Source of the DNA: a virus
Length of the DNA: 64,000 bases
Direction: 5' to 3' (one strand)
IMG/VR virus record: IMGVR_UViG_3300050498_000097
Span: 2,700-66,699 of that record
Part shown: positions 17,499 through 27,200 of the stretch, in pieces
Layout of the letters: the number at the start of each line of letters is the position of its first letter
Numbering within the stretch: position 1 is the stretch's first letter
Notes under the pieces: model-generated
Told to the model about the DNA's origin: nothing
Database searches by the model: none
The model's input: only the letters and a program-made list of their open reading frames with translations
Made by a program: the position numbers and the translations under genes

Positions 17499-18698
17499 CT
17501 AAAGCATCATGGGCAGTGGGATGGGAACGATCCAATGGCCGTGGAAGGCCGGCTCCTGGCGCATGATCTCCCCCTGGTAGTTGTGAATCAGGGAAAGGTA
17601 GACGTCTGGTGCTCTGCTGTCCGAGCGAGGATCGATGATGGGGATACCAGTACCAGGGGTGTAGCGGCCCTGCTTGTTGGGTGTTGTGTCCACCACGTAC
17701 TGCACCAGGTCTGGCCCTATGTTGCAGAAGTTCAACAGGGTTGTTGACTTGCCTGAAGCGCCGTAGCCGGCTACTCGCTTACTGGTCCGTCTCTGCTCCC
17801 AAAGCATGTCTCGCAGCCGTGACTTGATCCGGTCTGCTCGTCCCTGCAGCCCAGCCAGGGCATGTTCGTTCAGGAGCCACTCCTCGTCTTTCAACAGGAG
17901 ATTGACGCTGTGATCCCAGAACTTGCTACGTGAGATGACGACGCGCAGGGAGCCGCCCTGGGGGTTCACCTGACTGACGGAGGTTGGTCGTAAGTCGTGA
18001 CGCTCCAGTGAATGTTTGAGTGAGGACAGGGAGAAGAACTGGCGATGCTCGTGATACACATGGTCAATCTGGTTCCCGGTAATCAGGTCGGCAACGTACT
18101 GGAACTCAACGACCGCTACCCCGTTGGGACCCAGGGCAATGGTGATGCCCTCGATAAAGTCATCGAGGTTGGCGACATGGGCAATGACATTGTTGGCGAT
18201 AACCACGCCCTGGTGCCCATGTTGGGCCACGATGCGTAGTGCAGCGTCTGAGCCAAACCGTTCTGCCCACACGTCCAATCCCCTGGCGCGAGCCTGAGCG
18301 ACCGGACCTTGGGCTGGGTCGATGCCCAGGGTCGGATATCCAGCATCTTGGAAATGTCGCAGCATGGTCCCGTCGTTGCAGGCGATCTCCAGAACACCCT
18401 GACGACATAGGCGTGGATACAGTTTCATGATCTGAGCTGCGTACTGCTTCTGATGCTCTGCGGCCACCCAGGAACTGCCGGTGTAGAAGTCGTAGTTTCC
18501 ACCCCAGAGAATTTCATCTGGAACGACTTCAGCCAGCTGTACTAATGAACAGCGAAAGCAGCGTAAGAGTTCCAAGGGATAGCGCTCTTGGATTTTATTG
18601 GCAGAGAAGGGGAATTCATTTGCCAGGGGACTGTCACCAAGGTCCAGAACTGTGTGGAGATTCGTGGAATAGCAGCTCCCGCATACCTCACGTCTCAT
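17499..18698 (-). CDS. NDP-sugar C-methyltransferase (TylC3/EryBIII/NovU/TcaB9 family)
   Basis: N-terminal Zn site CGSC..CFRC, DLGDSPLANEF, VLEIACNDG, YHEH, GYGASGKSTTLLN; ATG 18698 after AGGAG. Confidence 0.88.
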   Translation of the reverse strand: MRREVCGSCYSTNLHTVLDLGDSPLANEFPFSANKIQERYPLELLRCFRCSLVQLAEVVPDEILWGGNYDFYTGSSWVAAEHQKQYAAQIMKLYPRLCRQGVLEIACNDGTMLRHFQDAGYPTLGIDPAQGPVAQARARGLDVWAERFGSDAALRIVAQHGHQGVVIANNVIAHVANLDDFIEGITIALGPNGVAVVEFQYVADLITGNQIDHVYHEHRQFFSLSSLKHSLERHDLRPTSVSQVNPQGGSLRVVISRSKFWDHSVNLLLKDEEWLLNEHALAGLQGRADRIKSRLRDMLWEQRRTSKRVAGYGASGKSTTLLNFCNIGPDLVQYVVDTTPNKQGRYTPGTGIPIIDPRSDSRAPDVYLSLIHNYQGEIMRQEPAFHGHWIVPIPLPMML

Positions 18699-19345
18699 GA
18701 CAGCTCCTGTTGCGTGTTCATGGGACCATCCCACCACTTGGCTCGGAAAAGCTCGTCCGCTCGGAGCCAGTCTAAGTGACTTTCGTCAGTTTTGAATCCC
18801 ATCTGGGTGTGGTGATGCGTCTCGACGTCAGCGACTCTTACGTCTTTACCGTGATGCAGTACCTGAAGGCTGATATCTACGTCGTAGCCATGGAAGCCTG
18901 GGTACCGGGTATCGAATTGCAAATGGTTAATGGCCCATTTGGAAAGTACGAGTAGGCTGCCCTCCAGCATCATGGTGGATCCACTGTGCCTGCCAAAGTC
19001 GATGTCCATGACATCAGTTCTCTGGTGGCCCGTTGGACTGTTGTTCCACCAGGCCATCCCAGCTCCGTACAGGCCGCCAGCTATACCCACGATGCCGGTG
19101 TTGGGTACCTCCAGCATGGCCAGGAGCTTGGCTTCTCCATCGGGATCGGTGATCTCCAGGTCGTCATGCTGCAGTACCAGTGCGTCCGCGTCCAGTTCCA
19201 TGGCCGCGTCGATGATGGCGTTGTAGGCGGTGGCTATGGAGGTTTGCCCTGATACAGCGACCAGGGGGCGGGCACCCACGTGCGGGACCACGTTGGCCTG
19301 GAGCTTGCCCCAGGACCCGACACAGACTCCGTAGACAACGTTCAT
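18695..19345 (-). CDS. GT-A fold glycosyltransferase-like protein
   Basis: SIATAYN, LVLQHDDLEI, FHGYDVDIS; ATG 19345 (ORF track 19483). Confidence 0.78.
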   Translation of the reverse strand: MNVVYGVCVGSWGKLQANVVPHVGARPLVAVSGQTSIATAYNAIIDAAMELDADALVLQHDDLEITDPDGEAKLLAMLEVPNTGIVGIAGGLYGAGMAWWNNSPTGHQRTDVMDIDFGRHSGSTMMLEGSLLVLSKWAINHLQFDTRYPGFHGYDVDISLQVLHHGKDVRVADVETHHHTQMGFKTDESHLDWLRADELFRAKWWDGPMNTQQELS

Positions 19346-19361
19346 CAGAGAATTACCATGG

Positions 19362-20030
19362 CTACCAAGGCACTTGTCCCCACTTGGCTGCGAACGCCTC
19401 CCGATCACGGCCCGTCTGTTCCCCGAGCCCAGGGACGATGTTGGTATATTCACCGTATCGGGCATTGGGTACCGTGTAGCCACCGACTGTGACCATACCG
19501 CCAGCTAAACGAGCCTGGACGTCTAGATCTGAGTCGCACCACCACCAGTGCATAGACTCATCCGCCCGGAGACCTTTGTCGGCATCAATGACGAATGCCC
19601 AGCCAACCATTCGGCCCGCGATGTCCCTGTCTATCGTGGTCTTGATATGGGCTGGATGCATTGTTCCCCAGGGACTACTACACCCGGCCGCTGCTCCCGT
19701 CTCTCGCATCCCCTCAGTGACTGCGGCGAACCAGCCTTCGGGAACTATGGCGTCGTCACAGAGCATGGCGATGTCCAGGCCGTCGTGTCCGTTGTACTGG
19801 TGACTGAACCTGGTAAACCAGTCAAAGCCACGGTTCCAGAGATTGGAGATGTTGGGCGGCTGGTCCGGAACATAGAGGAGATGCACATCTTGTTCGACGG
19901 TGGCCCGTGGATTCGAGGCATTGTCGATTACCAGGACCACATCTACTTGGGGCTTGATCGCAGCGATGGCCTCAGCTAACAGCTCGGGCCGGTTATGGGT
20001 GATGATCAAGCTTCCTCTGAGTCGAGTCAT
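19362..20030 (-). CDS. Glycosyltransferase family 2
   Basis: IITHNRPELL, VLVIDN, MLCDDA, WWCDSDL; ATGA overlap at 20030. Confidence 0.75.
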   Translation of the reverse strand: MTRLRGSLIITHNRPELLAEAIAAIKPQVDVVLVIDNASNPRATVEQDVHLLYVPDQPPNISNLWNRGFDWFTRFSHQYNGHDGLDIAMLCDDAIVPEGWFAAVTEGMRETGAAAGCSSPWGTMHPAHIKTTIDRDIAGRMVGWAFVIDADKGLRADESMHWWWCDSDLDVQARLAGGMVTVGGYTVPNARYGEYTNIVPGLGEQTGRDREAFAAKWGQVPW

Positions 20031-21073
20031 TTGGCCCCCTGCTGGATTTCGTACGCCCGCGTCCAAGCCTCCAGGAAGCGCCAGCTGTTAGCTTCAATGG
20101 TCTGGGTTCGCATGAACTCCCGTCCTCGCTCTCCAAGGTCCTTGCGTAAGGTGTCGTCGTCCATGAGCTGCTTCACAGCTTTATACCAGTCCTTGGGTCG
20201 GTCAGCGAGGATACCAGCACCAGACTCAGCAAAAAATCTCCGATACTCGGTCCGAGGGCTAGCCACCCAGGGAACACCGCAGGCTGATGCTTCAATTGCC
20301 TTTAGACGTGACTTGGAGTGATTGAAGGCAGATACCTCCAGGGGCGCAATAGCTACCTTGAGCCTGGAGACAGCCTCTGCCCAATCTTGAAGGGGAACTA
20401 CGCCAGTGACCTCGGGCTCTTTTGTCAGTCGCAGGGCCTGCTTGACACTAGACGGAGGACCGACCACCCGGAACTTGTAGCCGTCGTCTACCAGCTCTTG
20501 GATTGCACGGCCACAGGTTTGTAAGTCCATGGGGTGCGATTGGGTGGTACCAGCCCAGCCGAATACGTCATCGGGCTCAGGCTGGACGTCCAGGTAGCGT
20601 TCCGGGACATAGTTATCTAGGACCATCCCTCGCCCATGCTTGGCGTACACCTTGAGCAGGCTTGGAGTGGACACTGTGACTAACGTAGCCTCCCGGCATG
20701 AAAGCTCAGCGTTCTTCCAAGAGTACGGCGTGTTGGACCGGGGATGGTAGTTGGCGTAGGCCGAATTCAGTCGGTGAATGGCCGTGAGGTCGTCGTCCAT
20801 ATCAACGACAACGGCCGTTCCCTTTGCGCGGATGAGTGGGACTACCTGGCTGTGTAGGTTGTGGGAGATCCGTTGCAGGACAATGACATCGGCGCCCTGG
20901 GGCACGACAACGTCAACGATCCTGTCTTCTTGTATGTGGATTTCCAGCCCCGAACCTTTCTCTGGCCACTGGACTTCGACGTCATGTCCTTGACTGGCCA
21001 GATGCTGGGCAGCCCAGATCATCCTGTAATAGCCACATCCGGCAACGTCTGCTGGGATTGCTAAAACCTTCAC
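20027..21073 (-). CDS. Glycosyltransferase family 4 (GT-B)
   Basis: GCGYYRM, VVDMDDDL, GWAG..SH..DL, APL....N.SKS.LK..EASACGVPWVASP. Confidence 0.85.
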   Translation of the reverse strand: MKVLAIPADVAGCGYYRMIWAAQHLASQGHDVEVQWPEKGSGLEIHIQEDRIVDVVVPQGADVIVLQRISHNLHSQVVPLIRAKGTAVVVDMDDDLTAIHRLNSAYANYHPRSNTPYSWKNAELSCREATLVTVSTPSLLKVYAKHGRGMVLDNYVPERYLDVQPEPDDVFGWAGTTQSHPMDLQTCGRAIQELVDDGYKFRVVGPPSSVKQALRLTKEPEVTGVVPLQDWAEAVSRLKVAIAPLEVSAFNHSKSRLKAIEASACGVPWVASPRTEYRRFFAESGAGILADRPKDWYKAVKQLMDDDTLRKDLGERGREFMRTQTIEANSWRFLEAWTRAYEIQQGAK

Positions 21074-21148
21074 TGGGCCTCACCTACAGGAGCGGTTAAC
21101 CTCTTGTGCATTCTTCTCCTTGGACCTTGGCTATGGGAGGATAATGCC

Positions 21149-21295
21149 ATGGGAGAGCCCGAAGAAGTACCGAGGGAAGAGATTGGTCATGGTGACCGTC
21201 GGGGTGATTTGAGTACGCCACCTGATGATAACCAGGTTGAGCCTGGCGTGGAACCGTATGAGGAGCCTGACGATGCAGAGCCCGGACCATCCTGA
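21149..21295 (+). CDS. Small acidic peptide upstream of the endolysin
   Basis: GGGAGG RBS then MGEPEEVPREE...; overlaps the amidase start. Confidence 0.45.
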   Translation: MGEPEEVPREEIGHGDRRGDLSTPPDDNQVEPGVEPYEEPDDAEPGPS

Positions 21296-22139
21296 ACTTG
21301 TCTATCTCGAAGCGCTCAAAACTGATGGCAAGCCGATGTACACGATCGGACGCCCAGATGGCCCACCCCTGTGGCACGTAATCCACGACATGGAGAAGAC
21401 CGAGTCCACGGACTGCGCTGAATGGACTGCGAACTACTTCCATACTGGGGCTGGGGGACGTTCCGTCTCGTCACACTACACAGTTGATGACACCAGCATT
21501 GTTCAGTGTGTACTGCTCAAGCACTCGGCCTGGACCGTGGGAAATCGACCCGGAAATAATCGTGGCATCAATTGGGAACTTTGCGGGTTCGCTGCCCAGT
21601 CTCGTGAGCAGTGGCTTGATCCATTTGGTGTTGCAATGCTCAATCGCATTGTCCCGATCATGCGCTCTGATGGATTGAAGTACGGAATTCCTCCGACCAA
21701 GCGCACGATTGCCGAACTCCAGGCGTATAAGCCAGGAGTTACGTCACACAATGATCTTGGAAAAGCATTCGGATTTACGGACCACACCGATCCAGGGATT
21801 AATTTTCCATGGGACTATTTTATGGCGCTGCTACAGGGCGCACTACCCGAGGAGAAAGATGTGCCAACACTTATTCGTGTGAAAGCGACCGGTGCGATTT
21901 ACGTTACGAACGGAACCACATATTGGCATCTCACTGGGGTAACGTATCCAATTGCTGCCGCAGCATATGGAAAGACAACATGGGACTATGAGGTACCTAC
22001 TGAGGTAGACATGGCTGCGTTTGGTGTCGATGTCACCACTCTTCAGGGTGGCGACGGTAGCGGTGGCCCCGTCTCTGGCACGATTTCGGGAACGGTCTCC
22101 GGGACAATCTCGGGTACGCTCTCAGGGACAATTTCGTAG
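21273..22139 (+). CDS. Endolysin, N-acetylmuramoyl-L-alanine amidase (Amidase_2)
   Basis: VIHDME, SSHYTVD, AWTVG, INWELCG, TSHNDL, HTDPG; ATG 21273 after AGGAG. Confidence 0.88.
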   Translation: MQSPDHPELVYLEALKTDGKPMYTIGRPDGPPLWHVIHDMEKTESTDCAEWTANYFHTGAGGRSVSSHYTVDDTSIVQCVLLKHSAWTVGNRPGNNRGINWELCGFAAQSREQWLDPFGVAMLNRIVPIMRSDGLKYGIPPTKRTIAELQAYKPGVTSHNDLGKAFGFTDHTDPGINFPWDYFMALLQGALPEEKDVPTLIRVKATGAIYVTNGTTYWHLTGVTYPIAAAAYGKTTWDYEVPTEVDMAAFGVDVTTLQGGDGSGGPVSGTISGTVSGTISGTLSGTIS

Positions 22140-22153
22140 AACGGGATTCCTAC

Positions 22154-22435
22154 CTACACCTGTAGCGTGTACTGACTGATGAACAGTGCATTGGTCATAA
22201 CTGTGACGTCGTCGCCGGATCGTACAACCCAGTTGGTGGGTGGAACAGCGATCTCGGCCGCACCGACGACAGGGTGCGGTGTGCCGGTCGTCAAGTACAG
22301 CGCCCCATCTCGGATTATTGCCTCGTTGAAGTAGCCCTCATTGGTTCGGACGAATTGGCGTATCTCAATGACATTGGTGCCAGTCCATTGCACCGCCTCT
22401 ACGAACGATCTATAGGTAGCCATCAGGAAGGCCAC
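22154..22435 (-). CDS. Small phage protein (VEAVQWTG family)
   Basis: VEAVQWTG.N...WVV..GD...M...F..QY pattern. Confidence 0.55.
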   Translation of the reverse strand: MAFLMATYRSFVEAVQWTGTNVIEIRQFVRTNEGYFNEAIIRDGALYLTTGTPHPVVGAAEIAVPPTNWVVRSGDDVTVMTNALFISQYTLQV

Positions 22436-23199
22436 CCTTCAAGCTGGAAGTCGGTATCGGCCACCCATGATCCAGCAAGAGGGAAGAACGTGAGGCTTGT
22501 GTAGGGACTAGAGCCTCCAAAAAACCCGGTACCGACCTGCTTGACACCATTGAATGTGAATGCCCCCGCTTCCCAGTTCAGTGGTAATCCCGTAGCGGTC
22601 AGGTCCCAGCCGGTGAATAGAAGTTCCCCGGTAGCAAAGATGCCAGCCGCAGCGCCTGCCGAAGCGTGGGTGCCCACGAACATGGACGTTGCACCAGTGA
22701 TCAAAGTGCCTCCTGCCGCACCTCCTCCAACAGCTTGTATGTGTTCAGAGCCGTAAACAGCGGCAGAGCTGCCGTTGACCTGCATCCTGGTTTCATCGAT
22801 CGCGGCAACGTTGGTGCTACGAGCACGCCATTTCACAGACAGTGCCCTGAGTCCAATCGGAATAGCGGAGAAGGTTATTGATGCTGTTGTGGTCGTTAAG
22901 GTCTGCCTTGCTTCATATTTGCCTAGCCTGCCAACAATGAAATTCCCCGAAGGAGGGACAATGATGACATAGATCCGTTGGCCGAAGAGGAGTGTTCCAA
23001 TCATTGAGGTCATATCAATAGGGTTATTTGCATCGCCGTCATAGACGGCACTAACGGCCGAAGCATTAGATCCATCTAGGACTGTGGCTAGGCGTAGGGT
23101 CCATTCAAGTCCCAGTCGTTGGGCGTTGTCGACAATACTCTTAGCCCCAACGCCAATAAGTTCTGGGGCTGTCTGCTCGGGTGAAAGGTCAGGTTGCAA
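22423..23199 (-). CDS. Minor tail protein
   Basis: Position after tail genes; beta-rich G/T/A-rich C-terminal domain. Confidence 0.65.
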   Translation of the reverse strand: MQPDLSPEQTAPELIGVGAKSIVDNAQRLGLEWTLRLATVLDGSNASAVSAVYDGDANNPIDMTSMIGTLLFGQRIYVIIVPPSGNFIVGRLGKYEARQTLTTTTASITFSAIPIGLRALSVKWRARSTNVAAIDETRMQVNGSSAAVYGSEHIQAVGGGAAGGTLITGATSMFVGTHASAGAAAGIFATGELLFTGWDLTATGLPLNWEAGAFTFNGVKQVGTGFFGGSSPYTSLTFFPLAGSWVADTDFQLEGWPS

Positions 23200-24256
23200 G
23201 GGTACGCCTCAACAGATGATTCATGGTGCCACCCTCTACTAGGGCCATGGACCAGGCAAGCTCTATCCAGTTGATTCCTTGCCAACGAATGACGTTGTAG
23301 GAATCATGACGAGGATCTGGGGCTGTGACCAAGTTAACGCGAGAAAAGACACTTTGTCTGTTGACCAGGCCCTGGGCTACAGCCTGAGCCTGGGGAGGGT
23401 CGGTTAGCTGCAGAGTCAGTACCTGAGGAACGGCAAAGCCACGATTAACTACTGAATGTGGCGCATTGGATGGAACCGAGGCGATACCAATAGCCGGTTC
23501 ATTCGTGCTAGTAGTCGTATTGGAAATCACGATGATGACATTGGGGGCAGTAAGCAGGTCATCATCTTCTACAATGGAGTTTCTCATTACCTTGTTACCG
23601 TTATCAAAGTCAAGATCCGGCATCCGGTCAGCTGGGTCAAAGGTCCTGATGAAGTGCATCTTCGAATCGTTGCCGAACCACGGCGAGAACCAGTCGCCGG
23701 AGACTGACAGTGATTCGAGGATTGATCCTCTGTTGGCACCGATACCCCATGCCTCAGCTGAGGTAAATGGAGATGGCTCCATGTCAAAAATGACGGGTAG
23801 GCCAGTAAGTGTATTCTGGACAACAGTCGAAACATTCTGGCCCACTCCATTGATGCCCTTGGTGATCTGTTGGTCTACAAGGAGCATCTCGTCAGTTAGC
23901 GCTGGCTGAGCCAATTTTCCTGAAGTGAATACTTGGCGAGTGTCATTCGCCCACATGTATGTACCTAGAGGATATTCAACCCCGCCGGGGAAGGTCATGA
24001 ACAAATTGATTCGGTCAGTAATTGAGTTCACTGCTGCAGTGTCCGTCACTCCTAATGGCATATTAAGTCGGCGTTTGATCATTGAGGAGGTGTTATGGGT
24101 AAGGCTGGCACCACGCAGTGGCGTGATGTCTCCAAGATGTTGACCAGTTACCCCGTTGACAAGCTCAAATCGGAAACTAGCTGAACGTTGGCCCACCCAT
24201 GGGTCAAGGTCCAATAGGTCATCATGAGGGAAAGTGGTCAATACCTGATGAGACAT
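23189..24256 (-). CDS. Minor tail protein (baseplate-hub-like)
   Basis: Synteny after the large tail protein; FELV..G..LG, D..LL..Q motifs. Confidence 0.65.
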   Translation of the reverse strand: MSHQVLTTFPHDDLLDLDPWVGQRSASFRFELVNGVTGQHLGDITPLRGASLTHNTSSMIKRRLNMPLGVTDTAAVNSITDRINLFMTFPGGVEYPLGTYMWANDTRQVFTSGKLAQPALTDEMLLVDQQITKGINGVGQNVSTVVQNTLTGLPVIFDMEPSPFTSAEAWGIGANRGSILESLSVSGDWFSPWFGNDSKMHFIRTFDPADRMPDLDFDNGNKVMRNSIVEDDDLLTAPNVIIVISNTTTSTNEPAIGIASVPSNAPHSVVNRGFAVPQVLTLQLTDPPQAQAVAQGLVNRQSVFSRVNLVTAPDPRHDSYNVIRWQGINWIELAWSMALVEGGTMNHLLRRTLAT

Positions 24257-27200
24257 TATGGGTCCACTGGGGTGGGCGTGTCGTTGGTCTCGATGATTTC
24301 CACTGGAGCTAGATACAGTCTCCGGTCACGGAGCACCCGGCCGCCCGGAACAAGCACGGTGGCGAACCAGCGATTGCCGTCCTCGTCGCGGACGCAGATG
24401 TAGTTCACCGTATCCCAGGCCATGTCTCGTAGGCTCCGGAAGTCAGCCAAGGTCTCGGGCGCAATGGCGGCAGCTTGTACAAGGAGGGTTCGATTAAATC
24501 GTTCACCACCACGCTCCAACGGCCGGAAGGCCGTGACGAAGTCCTTGTTGTACATGAGCTGTAGTTGCACGAACCCTGCCTCCGGGAAAACGAAGTCCTC
24601 TTCTACGGACTCCCCCATCCATGCCGTTGAGTAGGCCAGGTTGATGGATCCATTCTGGTGCTCATTAGAGGTGAAGATAAGGACATGGCCCCCGCTTAGG
24701 CAACCTCCCGATACGCCCGGAGACGAGATGGTGGCAGTGATCGTAGAGGACCATGGTCCTGGGAAATCGTAGACATCGACCACTCTGATCCGATACGAGG
24801 AGAGGATACCTACTCGTGCCTCGTAGTCAGCGAATCCGGTAACTCCCATGTTGCTGGCGAGCATGATGGTTTGCCAGCCGGGTTCAACAGTATCCATGCG
24901 CTGAAGTTCAAATGCAGAGTAGGCAACATTGCTAGTACCACTGACGATTGAGGCCGTGCCATTGACCGTCCATACACGCCCAGCACTGTCGGTGAAGCTC
25001 GTTGTACCTGGTAGCTGGGCAGTAAAGTTCGGGTTGGCAACTATGGTGCCATTGATGCCGCTACGAATCTGAGCGGCGTGGGCCGTACCGGCCCAAAGAT
25101 TCGTTGTACCGGCGATTCCACCGACTTCTCCACTTGCCGTTCCTGAGAAGATGGACGTGACCCCAGCCGTAATCACCGGGTCACCGAGTTGAGTCCACGG
25201 CCCGTTAATCGTTGGTGCTGTGTAGAAGGTCACGGTATGACCCGCAGCCCCGTTATCCACATCAAGCGTTGCGCGCACCGCGAGTCGACCGCCATTAGCA
25301 ACAACTGGGGCAACTGTTGAGCTTCTCAGTGTCGTTGCAGTTCCGTCAGTAGACCAAAGCATCGTGAGAAGCCCTGTTGGCGCGATATTGAGTGCGTATG
25401 ACGCCTGCGCAATAAACCACTTGGAGACCAGTGTGGCATCACCTGTGGGTGTCCAGTCAGTCATCGTGACATCGGCACGTAGATCAATGTCACCGACAAT
25501 ATCTAACGCCGCATTGTCCGGTGTGGATGCCCAGTTACCACTGGTGCCGGGCAGGGAGAGTCCGCCATTGTCGGCGAGTGCTGTCCAATGGAGCTGGTTG
25601 TACAAGATGTCAGTTGGGATGCAACAAGGATCAATACCACACTCCTGGCCAATGCCGGTGATGGCCTGAGACAATGTGGTGATACTGAACCCAGAGACCG
25701 ATGGAGCGTCCTGAGCGAAGATAACAAAGGCGTCAGAGGTCGTGTCATCAACGGTACCGGAGACCCATGGCGAACCCACACCTTGAACTATCCAGCCGAG
25801 GTTGATAGAAGCACCTGATACTGGTTGACCGTAAGTGGCAATATCAAGTCGCTGAGTCAATGGTACCAAATTCAGAAGGTTGCCAGGGGTGCCAGATATG
25901 GCTGGGGCACTGGCTCCAAGGACTTCCCACCGGTTGCCAGCAAGCTCACCAGTCGCGGACCACACACCCTGTGGCTGTGTGCCTGCGCCCATCGTGGGTG
26001 CAGTAACAAAACGGAGAGTGATCTCTTTCCAACCGTCTAATATTTCATTGAGGCTGTCGAACTCAGCTGGTGTTATTGCTACCGACTGTCCAGCGATGGT
26101 GAACGTGAGAGGAATGGTGGTGTCGCCAAACCTACGGGCGATATAGCGTACCCAGGGCCAGGATGCCGAGCCCCCAGCTAGTCCATCATGAATTTCCTGG
26201 GTAGCGGTCTTACTGCCATAGACTTGAGCTATTGCCTGGCGACCGTAGACATGTGGCTCCGTCAATGGAGCACCACCAGTGGCATGGAGCGTTAGTTGAG
26301 GAAGTACGTGCGTCTCAACCTTGGTGAAGGTCTCTCCAAGGCGCTCGGCAGAAGGGAACGGGATGTCGATCTCAATCCCTGGGTGCGAAGGGATCTGGTA
26401 TAGCTCCCGTAGACCGTTCACTTGAGGGATGCCAGTCTTGAGACTGTCATCGTAGTCAACTTCGCCAGGGTTCACCCAGGAAAGCGTTGCTGTGTAATTG
26501 CCTGCTGCTAGTATTGGGTTAGGTTGAAATAATGTGTCCCGCATCGTGATGATGTTGGTGCCATATTCATATGGGGCAAATCTTTTGCCTCCATAGGCAA
26601 TACGAGTCTCTTCGCAGTAGATGACCCGTAGCGCAATGTAGTCCAAAAAGCCACGAGCATTGGCCATTGCAAGAGGTATTTGAAAGGTGACCCTGATCAT
26701 TTGTCTATTGACGTTCGGAAAACTTGGCTCAAATCTCAATAGGTCAACATAACGCCAGGGCATTCGACTGAAGTCTGTAGTGCTGATTGGAGAAAGTGCT
26801 GGATCCCAGAAGTTGTTGATATCTCCTAGATTCAAGACGCCAATGACCTGGTTAGCGAATGGTTGGTTTGAAGCGGCTCCCGGTATAGTCGCTAACTGTG
26901 CCAATGCGCCAGTGTTACTAATGTAGGCTGGACCAACGAAGTCTATATCTGTACCAAGATCATTTCGTTGTTCAACAATGGTCGGAAACAGGGATGGGTC
27001 AGTGGTGACAAAAGGAATACTGATGCCACCGGTACCATCCGTTAGATATCCAGCATAGAGCAGAGAGACGTTCAGGATACGCTTGTTGGCTAACTCTGGA
27101 CTGGCAGAACTGACGTTGAACCAGAACCCCATCCTCTGGGCACCGGATGGGTTCATTGGAATGGTAATGCCCTTGTTGTCGCTTGGTTGAGCCACGGCCT

